A stretch of 64,000 nt of DNA, taken from NCBI GenBank assembly GCA_963677895.2, contig CAXXGJ010000006.1, positions 256,001 to 320,000 on the forward strand, written 5' to 3'. Both the position numbers and the translations under genes were made by a program. A model generated the notes under the pieces. That model had not been told where the DNA came from and did not search any database. It saw nothing but the letters and a program-made list of their open reading frames with translations. Shown here one piece after another: positions 47,259 through 56,097 of this stretch. Position 1 is the stretch's first letter; the number at the start of each line of letters is the position of its first letter. Source of the DNA: Treponemataceae bacterium (GTDB lineage: Bacteria; Spirochaetota; Spirochaetia; Treponematales; Rectinemataceae).

Positions 47259-48581
47259 CTACTTCCCCGCGTAAAGGTTCGGCAGCCAAACGGCGATTTG
47301 CGGGAAAATCATGATGAGCGCCAGGCCGATTACCATCAGGAAAACGAAGGGCACCACCGATCGATAGATGTCGCTCAACGAGATTTCCTTGGGCGCCATC
47401 GCCTTCATCAGGAATAGGTTGTAGCCGAAGGGAGGCGTCAGGTAGGCGATCTGACAGGTGACGGTGTAGAGAACGCCGTACCAGATCGGATCGAATCCCA
47501 GTTTGATGATGAGTGGAATATAGAGCGGAGCCACGATGATGAGCATCGCGGTGTCGTCCAGGAACATGCCCATCAGGATAAAGGATAGCTGCATCATTAT
47601 GATGACGCCCCAGCGCCCGAAGCCGTTGGAGAGAAAGAGATCCTTGATGGCGTTGACCGCTCCGAGCCCGTCGAAGATGGCGCCGAAGGCAAGGGCGGCG
47701 AGAATGACCCACATGAACATGCAGCTCACGCTCAGGGTATCGGTCAGGACTTCCAGCATGACTTTCTTGGTCAAGCGCTTCTTCAGGAGTCCGGCTATCG
47801 TGGTGACGACAGCGCCGACGGCGGAGCTTTCGACCAGATTCGTGATGCCCATGAAGAAGAGTCCGGACATCATGAAGATGATGAAGATGGGCAGGATGCC
47901 CGCTTTCAGCAGTTTCAGCTTTTGGGCCAGCGGCATCTGCCGTTCTTCCTTCGGAAGGACGGGGCCGAGCTTGGGGTTGATGATGCAGCGCACCAGTATG
48001 TAAATGATGAAGATCGCGGCGAGCATGAGGCCGGGGAAGACGCCGGCCAGCCACAACTTGCTGACGGGCTGCCGCGCGATCATGCCGTAGAGGACGAGGA
48101 CGACGCTCGGAGGAATCATGATGCCCAGCGAGCTGCCGGCTTGTATCACGCCGGTCACCATTTTCTTGTCGTATTTTCTCTTGAGCATCTCCGGGAGCGC
48201 GATGCTGGATCCCACAGCCATGCCTGCCACGCTCAAACCGTTGATCGCCGATATGATCGACATGAGAATGACCGTTCCGATGGCCAATCCGCCGGGTACG
48301 GGACCCATCCAGACATGGATCAAGTCATAGAGATCGTCCGCGATGCCCGATTTGGCGAACATGTACCCTATGTAGATGAATATGGGAAGCGTGAGCAAAG
48401 GGTACCAGACGAGGAGCTGAAAGCTCGCCTGGAAGGACATGCCTATGCCGCCTTTCCCCCAGAGGAGGACGGCGAAAATCGCGCCGACCCCGCCTATGAC
48501 CGCGAAAATATGTCGGCCGGTGAGAAGGAGAACTATCATCGACGAAAACATCAGTATCGCCATCAATCCATAGCCGGTCAT
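47259..48581 (-). CDS. dctM: TRAP transporter large permease
   Basis: GPVPGGLAIG, LGIMIPPSVVLVLYG, YLTPPFG. Confidence 0.93.
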   Translation of the reverse strand: MTGYGLMAILMFSSMIVLLLTGRHIFAVIGGVGAIFAVLLWGKGGIGMSFQASFQLLVWYPLLTLPIFIYIGYMFAKSGIADDLYDLIHVWMGPVPGGLAIGTVILMSIISAINGLSVAGMAVGSSIALPEMLKRKYDKKMVTGVIQAGSSLGIMIPPSVVLVLYGMIARQPVSKLWLAGVFPGLMLAAIFIIYILVRCIINPKLGPVLPKEERQMPLAQKLKLLKAGILPIFIIFMMSGLFFMGITNLVESSAVGAVVTTIAGLLKKRLTKKVMLEVLTDTLSVSCMFMWVILAALAFGAIFDGLGAVNAIKDLFLSNGFGRWGVIIMMQLSFILMGMFLDDTAMLIIVAPLYIPLIIKLGFDPIWYGVLYTVTCQIAYLTPPFGYNLFLMKAMAPKEISLSDIYRSVVPFVFLMVIGLALIMIFPQIAVWLPNLYAGK

Positions 48582-49120
48582 TTTTTACCCTCTTCTTTGG
48601 GTTTCTCTCCCCTGAGATCCTCGCCCCTGAGCGTCGCGATATCCTTGATGAACTCGGATATCACCTGGAGGAGCATGAGGATGATGCCCGCGACCATGAA
48701 TATCTTCACGGGGAGCACTTTCGGCGCCCATGAGGAATAGGTGACCTGGCCGTATCGGGCGGCGTACTGGATGCCCTGTATGCCGCCGATGATGAGGACG
48801 ACGACATAGAAGAGGATGATGGGAAACGTTATCACGTCGGAGAGCGCCTTTCTTTTCGGGGACCACTTGTCGTAGAAGACATCCATGCGGACATGGCCTC
48901 CCAGAAGCAGCGCGGACGCGCCTCCGAGAAGGTAATAGGGCGCCATGAAAAACTGGGTCAATTCCACGGCCCAGACATTGGGCTTGTTGAAGATAGTCCG
49001 CGTGATCGTATCGTAGAGCAGAATTCCCATCATTACGAATATCAGATACATCACGATCTTGCCGACCCACTTGCTCGTCGCGTCGACATATTTTACATAG
49101 GTTTTTGCCGCCTTGATCAT
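48578..49120 (-). CDS. dctQ: TRAP transporter small permease
   Basis: Four TM segments; HVRMDVFY. Confidence 0.9.
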   Translation of the reverse strand: MIKAAKTYVKYVDATSKWVGKIVMYLIFVMMGILLYDTITRTIFNKPNVWAVELTQFFMAPYYLLGGASALLLGGHVRMDVFYDKWSPKRKALSDVITFPIILFYVVVLIIGGIQGIQYAARYGQVTYSSWAPKVLPVKIFMVAGIILMLLQVISEFIKDIATLRGEDLRGEKPKEEGKK

Positions 49121-49231
49121 CGAAACCTCCTGATGATGGATCCGAGGTGTCAAATAACCCCTATCCGGCGGGAAGAAAAGCCGGATAGGGGAATCAGTAG
49201 TCCGGGATGAAGTACTTGCATCATGCCTGCA

Positions 49232-50323
49232 TCAGTACCTGTAGGGAGCTCCCGCTTTTTTCATGGTCGCGTCGTATTTTTTCAGTATTTCGACGACCCT
49301 TGCGTTTCTGGGGCTCTTCTTCGCGGCCTCGTCCCAGAATTTCAGCGCCGCATCCTCAACGACTTTCCATTCCTTGTCGGGAATGGTCGTAAGTTCGAGC
49401 TTTCCGCCGTTCACGCGGTAGTTGGCTTCGCCGTACCAGTACCAATGGAGCCTATAGTAGTGCGACTTGTCGATGGCCAGCCTGACCAGCTGCTGCAGAT
49501 GGGGAGGGATCTTGTTCCAGGCGTCGGTATTGACGAACCAGCCGCCGGACCAGGCGCCCGAGATCGGGTTCGTCAGATAATACTTCGTGACATCGGCCCA
49601 GCCGACCGTGTAGTCTTCGGTGATACCCGACCAGGCGACGCCGTCGAGCATGCCGGTCTGCAGCGCCATCTCCACGTCCTCATAAGGCATGACGACGGGT
49701 ACGACGCCGAACTGCTGCATGAACTGTCCGCCTGTGGGGAACATGTACATCCTCAAGCCCTTGAAGTCCTTGATCGATCGGATGGGTTTCGTCGTGGCGA
49801 AGTTGCATGGATCCCAGCTTCCCTGGCTGAGCCAGGTGACGCCTTTCACTTCGTCGTAGGCTTCCTTCCATATTTCATTCAAACCATACCAGTTCCATAG
49901 GACGTTGACGTCGAGGCCGTACCTGGCCGCCAGCGGGAAGTAGGCGCCGAAAATCCGCACATCGACGGGCGACGCCATTGAGTCGTCGTCGCTGACGGCC
50001 ATATCGACCGTGCCTTCCTGCAAGGCCCTGAAGAGCTCGCCGTGCGGAACGAGCTGATCAGCGGTATACACATCGATGATCATCTCCCCGTTCGCGGCGA
50101 TATTGAACTCGTCGATGGCGTTTTTGACCACATGGTCATTCAAGGCAGGTCCGGCATATGACTGGAGCCTCCACCTGATGACATCCTTTTTGGCTTCTCC
50201 CTGGGCTGGGCCTTCAGCTACTTTTTCCTTCGCGCCGCAGGCGCCCAGGATTAAAGCGAATCCTACCGCAATTGCCATGAGGATCAGGAATTTCGTATGC
50301 TTTCCCTTGACTCCGGATTTCAT
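49232..50323 (-). CDS. dctP: TRAP substrate-binding lipoprotein
   Basis: Lipobox LGAC; WRLQS, KGLRM, ALQTGMLDG. Confidence 0.9.
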   Translation of the reverse strand: MKSGVKGKHTKFLILMAIAVGFALILGACGAKEKVAEGPAQGEAKKDVIRWRLQSYAGPALNDHVVKNAIDEFNIAANGEMIIDVYTADQLVPHGELFRALQEGTVDMAVSDDDSMASPVDVRIFGAYFPLAARYGLDVNVLWNWYGLNEIWKEAYDEVKGVTWLSQGSWDPCNFATTKPIRSIKDFKGLRMYMFPTGGQFMQQFGVVPVVMPYEDVEMALQTGMLDGVAWSGITEDYTVGWADVTKYYLTNPISGAWSGGWFVNTDAWNKIPPHLQQLVRLAIDKSHYYRLHWYWYGEANYRVNGGKLELTTIPDKEWKVVEDAALKFWDEAAKKSPRNARVVEILKKYDATMKKAGAPYRY

Positions 50324-50682
50324 AGCGCCCCCTTATGAGGTGAACCAGACTTGTATACAGGAAAACCTGTAACAGCTAACTCTTAGCCGATATTTTGCGT
50401 TCGTCAAGGATGTTTTTTTAAATTCGTCAAAAAAAATTGCAATATTTATTCAAGTGGAACAAATTTTGCGCGTTATCCGCCGTGGCGCTGAGGCCGGTTG
50501 TTTGATATCAAATTTTTACAAAATAAATATTTGTTGACAACGGCGTATATGTCGGCATATTCTTGAACATCATTATCATGTATGCCTGCAGTGTGTTTTT
50601 CGCATGCACATGGCATCAGCCGCATATGACGTCTCGATAGCGAAAGCACGCCGTTGGCCGACATCGATAGGGAAGGAAGGCC

Positions 50683-51252
50683 ATGCCAAGCAAGAAAGAA
50701 GAAGTCATGAGTGGTGTGTCGGGACCGGATGGCAAGACAGCGGCGCAATGCCGCGAAATACGTATCCGCGTCAATGGCTCGTGGCGAAGCTTCAAACTTG
50801 AAGGCGACCTCGACAATGCCACGACGCTCTCCTACCTGTTGCGGGAAAAGCTGGGATATACAGGACTCAAGGTCTCCTGCGATGAGGGTGCCTGCGGCGC
50901 CTGTACCGTCATCATGGGCGGCACAGCCGTGCTCTCGTGCATGGTGTTGGCCATCGAGGCCGACGGCAAGGAAGTCCTCACCATCGAAGGCCTGCCCAAG
51001 GACGATCCCGTCGTCGAAGCCTTCGCCGAACAGTCCGAACCGGGCTACGGCACCGCCATGCAGTGCGGCTACTGCACTCCCGGCTTCGTCATGACATCGA
51101 GAGCCCTCCTCAACGCCAACCCCACCCCGACGCTCGCCGAGGTGAAGGATGCCCTGGCGGGCAATATCTGCCGCTGCGGCTGCTACGCCGGAATCGCGCA
51201 GGCAGTGATGCGCGCCTCCGAGAAGATCGCGGCCAGAAGGAGCGTCAAATGA
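50683..51252 (+). CDS. (2Fe-2S) subunit of a xanthine-oxidase-family molybdoenzyme (CoxS-like)
   Basis: CDEGACGACTV, QCGYCTPG, GNICRCG. Confidence 0.93.
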   Translation: MPSKKEEVMSGVSGPDGKTAAQCREIRIRVNGSWRSFKLEGDLDNATTLSYLLREKLGYTGLKVSCDEGACGACTVIMGGTAVLSCMVLAIEADGKEVLTIEGLPKDDPVVEAFAEQSEPGYGTAMQCGYCTPGFVMTSRALLNANPTPTLAEVKDALAGNICRCGCYAGIAQAVMRASEKIAARRSVK

Positions 51253-54200
51253 TCGAACGATACAAGCCGCGCGTTCCCCGCAAGTTCGTGGGAGGCTACA
51301 GGCCCAAGCTCGATGGCCCGGACAAGGCCTCGGGCCGCGCCCAGTACGCCGATGACATGACGCTGAAGTCCCGTTTTCCCGATATGCTGTACGCGAAGAT
51401 ACTCCGCAGCCCTTACCCGAGCGCCCGAATCAAGAAATTCGACAAGAGCAAGGCCGAAGCCCTGCCCGGCGTCGTCGCGGTGATGACCTACAAGGATCCG
51501 GAGTTCACGTCCCTGAAGCTGACCAATGCCGGCTGGACGGACTGCGTGGATACCGTCACCTGGGACCGGATGATGTTCCCCTTCCGCGACAGGCGCGTCC
51601 TGGGCGAATACGCCTCCTGGGTGGGCGACGAAATGGGCATCGCCGTCGCCGCCGAATCGGAGGAGATAGCCGAAGAAGCCCTGAAGCTCATCGACATCGA
51701 GTGGGAAACCAGGCCCTTCGTCCTCGACCCCATCGAGGCTATGGGCAAGAACGCTCCCCTCGTCCATCCCGACCTCACCGACTCCAACGTCCTCAAGCCC
51801 GACCCGACGGGCGGCCCCGACGTCTTCGAGGACAGAGGCGATGTCGAGGCGGCCTTCAAGGACGCCGACTTCGTCGTAGAGGGCAGTTCGACCTTCCACA
51901 ACGCCACGCAAGGGTCCATGGACAACTGGTGTTGCCTCATGCAGTGGAAGGAAGGCCAGCTCACGGCCTGGTCCAATTCCTACGCCGCCGACCAGCTCCG
52001 CATGCATATAAGCGAGATGCTCGGCCTGCCGCTCCACAAGATACGGGCCATAGCCTCCTACGTCGGCGGCCAATTCGGCCGCGGCGATACGGGCGATCAG
52101 CCCTTCTTCCTCGTCACCAGCCTCCTCGCCATGAAGACGGGAAGGCCGGTCAAATACAGGCACACGAGACATCAGAGTTTCCTCAACACCAGGCAGCCCG
52201 CCATCTATGATTTTAAGGCCGGCCTGAAAAAGGATGGGACACTTACCGCCCTTTACACGAAGGCGATCGGCAACGTCGGCGCTTACGCCGACCTCTCCAT
52301 GTTCGCCCTCAAGTTCGTGCCAAAGGAATTGGCCGAAGTTTTCATGGCCCACGTCCCCAACCTCAGGATGGAGGCCTACGGGGTGTACGCCAACAACATC
52401 CCCGGCTGCATGATGCGCGGCGTCGGCAACTCCCAGTACAACCTCATCTTCGCTCACCTAATGGATGCCTGCGCCGAAAAGCTCGGCATGGATCCGATGG
52501 ATTTCTGCGTCAAGAACTTCGCCACCGAGTGGGAGAAGCTCCCTTCCGACAGCCTCATCGAGGTGCTGAAGGCGGGCGCGAGCCGACTGGGCTGGAAGGA
52601 AAAACGCCACGCCCCCGGCTTGGGACCCTTCATCGACGGCGTGAAGAAGAGGGGAGTGGGATTCTCCATTCACCCGTCCTGGCATGCCGAATGGCAGGAA
52701 AAGCGCCGCGGCAAGGTCCAGGTCAACCTCACCCTCAATCCGGACTGCACCATACTCCTCAACGCCGCCACCATCGAAGTGGGCGGCGGCTCCAATACCT
52801 GCAATGTCCTCGGCTGCGCCGAGGCCCTGAGCTTCCTCGGCATAGGCGTCGAGGACATCTACTGGTCGCCGATCGTGGACACCAAGGATGGCATCAAGGA
52901 CTGCGTGCAGACGGACAGCGCTGTGTCCTTCCTTCAGTCCGAAGTCATGGTGGATTCAGCGAAGGAACTCAAGGAAAAGCTCAGGGTAGCCGGCGCCGAA
53001 ATACTGAAGGTTCCGGCAGCCGATCTGGATTTCGTCGACGGCAAGGTCATCGTCGCGTCCAAACCTTCCCTGAAAATGACGATCAAGGAGATGCTGCGCA
53101 AGGGCGACAACGCACCCATCACCGTGGCCAAGAGCCGTTCGCCGGACGTCAAGCTCACGGGCGTCCCCTTCTTCGGCAACTTCGCCGAGGTCGAGGTGGA
53201 CACAAGCACGGGCAAGGTCGACGTGCAAAAACTGGTCGTCGTCAACGACTGCGGCACCGTCATGTACGCCTCGGGCGCCGAATCGCAGCAGATCGGCGGC
53301 CAGTGCATGGGCATGGGCGAGGCTCTCACCGAGGAAATCATCTACGACAAAGCCACAGGCATACCGCTCAATTTCAACTGGGTGGATTACACCATCCCGA
53401 CCATGGCCGACATGCCGGAAATTGAGCCGGTGCTCCTCGAGGTATGGAAGGGCGTGGGCGAATACGGCGCCTGCGGAATAGGAGAGGGTACGGTTTCCTG
53501 CACGCCGGGAGCCATCGCGAACGCGATCTACAACGCCATTGGGGTCAGGGTGAACGACATTCCGATCAAACCGGAAAAGATCCTGAAAGCCTTGGAAAGG
53601 ACTGAGGGGATAGCCATGGGAATGCACAAATTCGATCATATCGCGGCGAAATCGCTCGATGATGCGGTGACGCAGATCGGCAAGTATCGCAAGACCGCGG
53701 TCGTAGTGGCAGGCGGGACTGATATCCTCGGAATACTGAAGGACGAAGTCCATCCTGTATATCCCAAAGTCCTCGTGGACATAAAAACCATCGATGGGCT
53801 TTCGTACATCCGCGAGGAAACGGGCGGCTTGAAGATCGGGGCGCTCACCACCCTCTCCGAGATAACGAAAAACGGGACGGTCAGGAAGAAGTACCCCCTG
53901 CTAGCCGAGGCGGCGCACGCGGTCGCTTCTCCCCAGCTGAGGAACATGGGCACCATAGGCGGCAATCTCTGCCAGGAGCCGCGCTGCTGGTACTATCGCG
54001 GACTCGACAACAGCTTCCATTGCCTCAGGAAGGGCGGGGATCATTGTCCGGCCTTGACCGGCGAAAACCGCTACCATTCCATATTCGGCTCCATGCGGGT
54101 AGGCAGGCCGGGCTGCTCCTCGGAGTGCCCGGACAATATCGACATACCCCGCTACATGGAAAGGATACGCGCCGGCGAGATAGCCGAAGCGGGGCGCATC

Positions 54201-56012
54201 ATCCTGGAGAACAACCCGATGCCGGCCGTCACAGGCCGCGTCTGCCCGCATTTCTGCGAGCAGGGCTGCAACCGCGGCGAACAGGACAGCGCCGTTTCGA
54301 TCAGGGCGGTGGAACGCCGCGTGGGCGATTACATCCTCGAGAACAAGAAGAAGTACCAGAAGGCTCCCGCCAAGGAAAAAGGCAAGAAGATCGCGATCAT
54401 CGGGGGCGGACCGGCCGGCCTCGCCTGCGCCTATTTCCTGCGGCTCAAGGGTTTCGGCGTCGTGATCTACGACAAACAGCCCAAGCTCGGCGGAATGCTG
54501 CGCTACGGCATCCCCGACTTCAGGCTTTCCCCGGGCGTGCTGGACAGCGAGATCGATTTCATCCTCTCGCATGGCATCGTCGCGAAGACCGGCACGCAGC
54601 TCGGCAAGGATTTCACGCTCGACAGCCTCAGAAAGGAAGGCTTCAACGCCGTCTTCCTCGCGATGGGTTCCTGGCGCGCAAAAGGCATGGGTGTCGAGAA
54701 CGAAAAGCATCCGAACATCCTCCCCGGCATTTCCTTCCTGGAAGGCGTCAAGTGGAACGGACCGCCCGCGATGAACGGCATCGTCGCCGTCGTCGGCGGC
54801 GGCAACACGGCCATCGACGCCGCGAGGACAGCGCTCCGCTGCGGGGCGAAGAAGGTCGTCCTCCTCTATCGCAGGACGCGAGCAGAGATGCCCGCCGAAG
54901 ACGAAGAAATCGAGGACGCGATCAAGGAAGGCATCGAGCTGCAGTTCCTCGTCGCCCCGAAGAAAGTCCTGCTGGGAGGCGCGAAACTTGAGGGCCTCGA
55001 ATGCTGCAAGATGAGGCTCGGCGAGCCTGACGCATCCGGGCGGCCGCGTCCCGTCGAGATAAAGGGAAGCGACTTCCTCTTCAAGGCCGACTGGGTGGTT
55101 TCGGCCATCGGCCAGGACCAGAACCTGTTGGGTCTCGACAATACGTCCTATGGCGCCATCGCGCTGACCAAAGGCAACGGCATCGATGCCGACCCCGAAA
55201 CCTATCAGACGAGCGCGGCCGGAGTATTCGCCGGCGGCGATGTAGCGACCGGACCGGCCACGGTGGTGGAAGCCCTCGCGGCGGGAAGGAAAACGGCTGA
55301 CTCGATCGAGGAATACCTCGCCGGCGGCGCGCTGAAGAAGGCCGCGGAGGGTCCCGGAAGGGCGGGAAAACTCAGGCCGATCAACGACAAGGCGCTCAAG
55401 CCTTCGGAGCGGGCAAGCGTCAAGGAGCTGGACCCCTGCGAGCGTTGCATGGACAAGGAAGACTATGCGACGCTCGAGGACGGCAAGGTGAGCATGGAAG
55501 CCCATCGCTGCCTCGACTGCAGCTGCGTGGCCGTCAACGCTTCCGACGTCGCGCCGGCGCTGATCGCGCTGGGGGCGACGATCAAGACGACCAAAAGGGA
55601 CATCGCGGCCGAGGACTTCTATACGGTGGATCTGATGACGACCACTGTGCTTGCCGTCGATGAACTCGTGACCGAAATCTCCATACCGGCGCCCAAGGCC
55701 GGGACAAAATTCAGCTTCCAGAAATTCAGGGTGCGCAATTCCATAGATTTCCCGATCGTGAGCGTCGCCTCCGCCCTGGACTTCGAGAAAGGAAAAATCA
55801 ACGGCGCCAGGATAGTGTTCGGCGCGGTCGCGCCCATTCCGCTAAGGGCCGTGAATGTCGAGGAAATCCTCATCGGAAAGACGGCGAGCGAGGAGACGGC
55901 CGAGATCGCGGGCGAGACAGCGGCCAAGCAGATGTTCCCGCTGGAGAGAAACCGGTACAAAGTGCAGATACTGAAGGGACTTTTGCGCAAAGCCATAGTG
56001 GCGGGCAAATAG
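51249..56012 (+). CDS. Molybdopterin-binding subunit in frame with an FAD-binding subunit that contains an inserted GltD-like oxidoreductase module
   Basis: ATGA-coupled start at 51249; VGGQFG, MRGVG, GIGE; then AGGTD, RNMGTIGGNLCQ; CxxxCP..GRVCPHFCEQGC, GGGPAG, GGGNTAID, GGDV; then ASDVAPAL...GAVAPIP. Confidence 0.88.
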   Translation: MIERYKPRVPRKFVGGYRPKLDGPDKASGRAQYADDMTLKSRFPDMLYAKILRSPYPSARIKKFDKSKAEALPGVVAVMTYKDPEFTSLKLTNAGWTDCVDTVTWDRMMFPFRDRRVLGEYASWVGDEMGIAVAAESEEIAEEALKLIDIEWETRPFVLDPIEAMGKNAPLVHPDLTDSNVLKPDPTGGPDVFEDRGDVEAAFKDADFVVEGSSTFHNATQGSMDNWCCLMQWKEGQLTAWSNSYAADQLRMHISEMLGLPLHKIRAIASYVGGQFGRGDTGDQPFFLVTSLLAMKTGRPVKYRHTRHQSFLNTRQPAIYDFKAGLKKDGTLTALYTKAIGNVGAYADLSMFALKFVPKELAEVFMAHVPNLRMEAYGVYANNIPGCMMRGVGNSQYNLIFAHLMDACAEKLGMDPMDFCVKNFATEWEKLPSDSLIEVLKAGASRLGWKEKRHAPGLGPFIDGVKKRGVGFSIHPSWHAEWQEKRRGKVQVNLTLNPDCTILLNAATIEVGGGSNTCNVLGCAEALSFLGIGVEDIYWSPIVDTKDGIKDCVQTDSAVSFLQSEVMVDSAKELKEKLRVAGAEILKVPAADLDFVDGKVIVASKPSLKMTIKEMLRKGDNAPITVAKSRSPDVKLTGVPFFGNFAEVEVDTSTGKVDVQKLVVVNDCGTVMYASGAESQQIGGQCMGMGEALTEEIIYDKATGIPLNFNWVDYTIPTMADMPEIEPVLLEVWKGVGEYGACGIGEGTVSCTPGAIANAIYNAIGVRVNDIPIKPEKILKALERTEGIAMGMHKFDHIAAKSLDDAVTQIGKYRKTAVVVAGGTDILGILKDEVHPVYPKVLVDIKTIDGLSYIREETGGLKIGALTTLSEITKNGTVRKKYPLLAEAAHAVASPQLRNMGTIGGNLCQEPRCWYYRGLDNSFHCLRKGGDHCPALTGENRYHSIFGSMRVGRPGCSSECPDNIDIPRYMERIRAGEIAEAGRIILENNPMPAVTGRVCPHFCEQGCNRGEQDSAVSIRAVERRVGDYILENKKKYQKAPAKEKGKKIAIIGGGPAGLACAYFLRLKGFGVVIYDKQPKLGGMLRYGIPDFRLSPGVLDSEIDFILSHGIVAKTGTQLGKDFTLDSLRKEGFNAVFLAMGSWRAKGMGVENEKHPNILPGISFLEGVKWNGPPAMNGIVAVVGGGNTAIDAARTALRCGAKKVVLLYRRTRAEMPAEDEEIEDAIKEGIELQFLVAPKKVLLGGAKLEGLECCKMRLGEPDASGRPRPVEIKGSDFLFKADWVVSAIGQDQNLLGLDNTSYGAIALTKGNGIDADPETYQTSAAGVFAGGDVATGPATVVEALAAGRKTADSIEEYLAGGALKKAAEGPGRAGKLRPINDKALKPSERASVKELDPCERCMDKEDYATLEDGKVSMEAHRCLDCSCVAVNASDVAPALIALGATIKTTKRDIAAEDFYTVDLMTTTVLAVDELVTEISIPAPKAGTKFSFQKFRVRNSIDFPIVSVASALDFEKGKINGARIVFGAVAPIPLRAVNVEEILIGKTASEETAEIAGETAAKQMFPLERNRYKVQILKGLLRKAIVAGK

Positions 56013-56097
56013 GCGGCGCGGGAAAGCGCCCGCCTGCCATCGTCGATGGCGGGCGGGCGCCGAAGCCGCTCCTTATCGTTTTCCGGGCCGTATCGGC

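Noticed and set aside
50937..51248. N-terminal 104 aa of the 1691-aa ORF
   Set aside because: It overlaps the 2Fe-2S gene in another frame and is Arg-rich shadow sequence; the real start is the coupled ATG at 51249.
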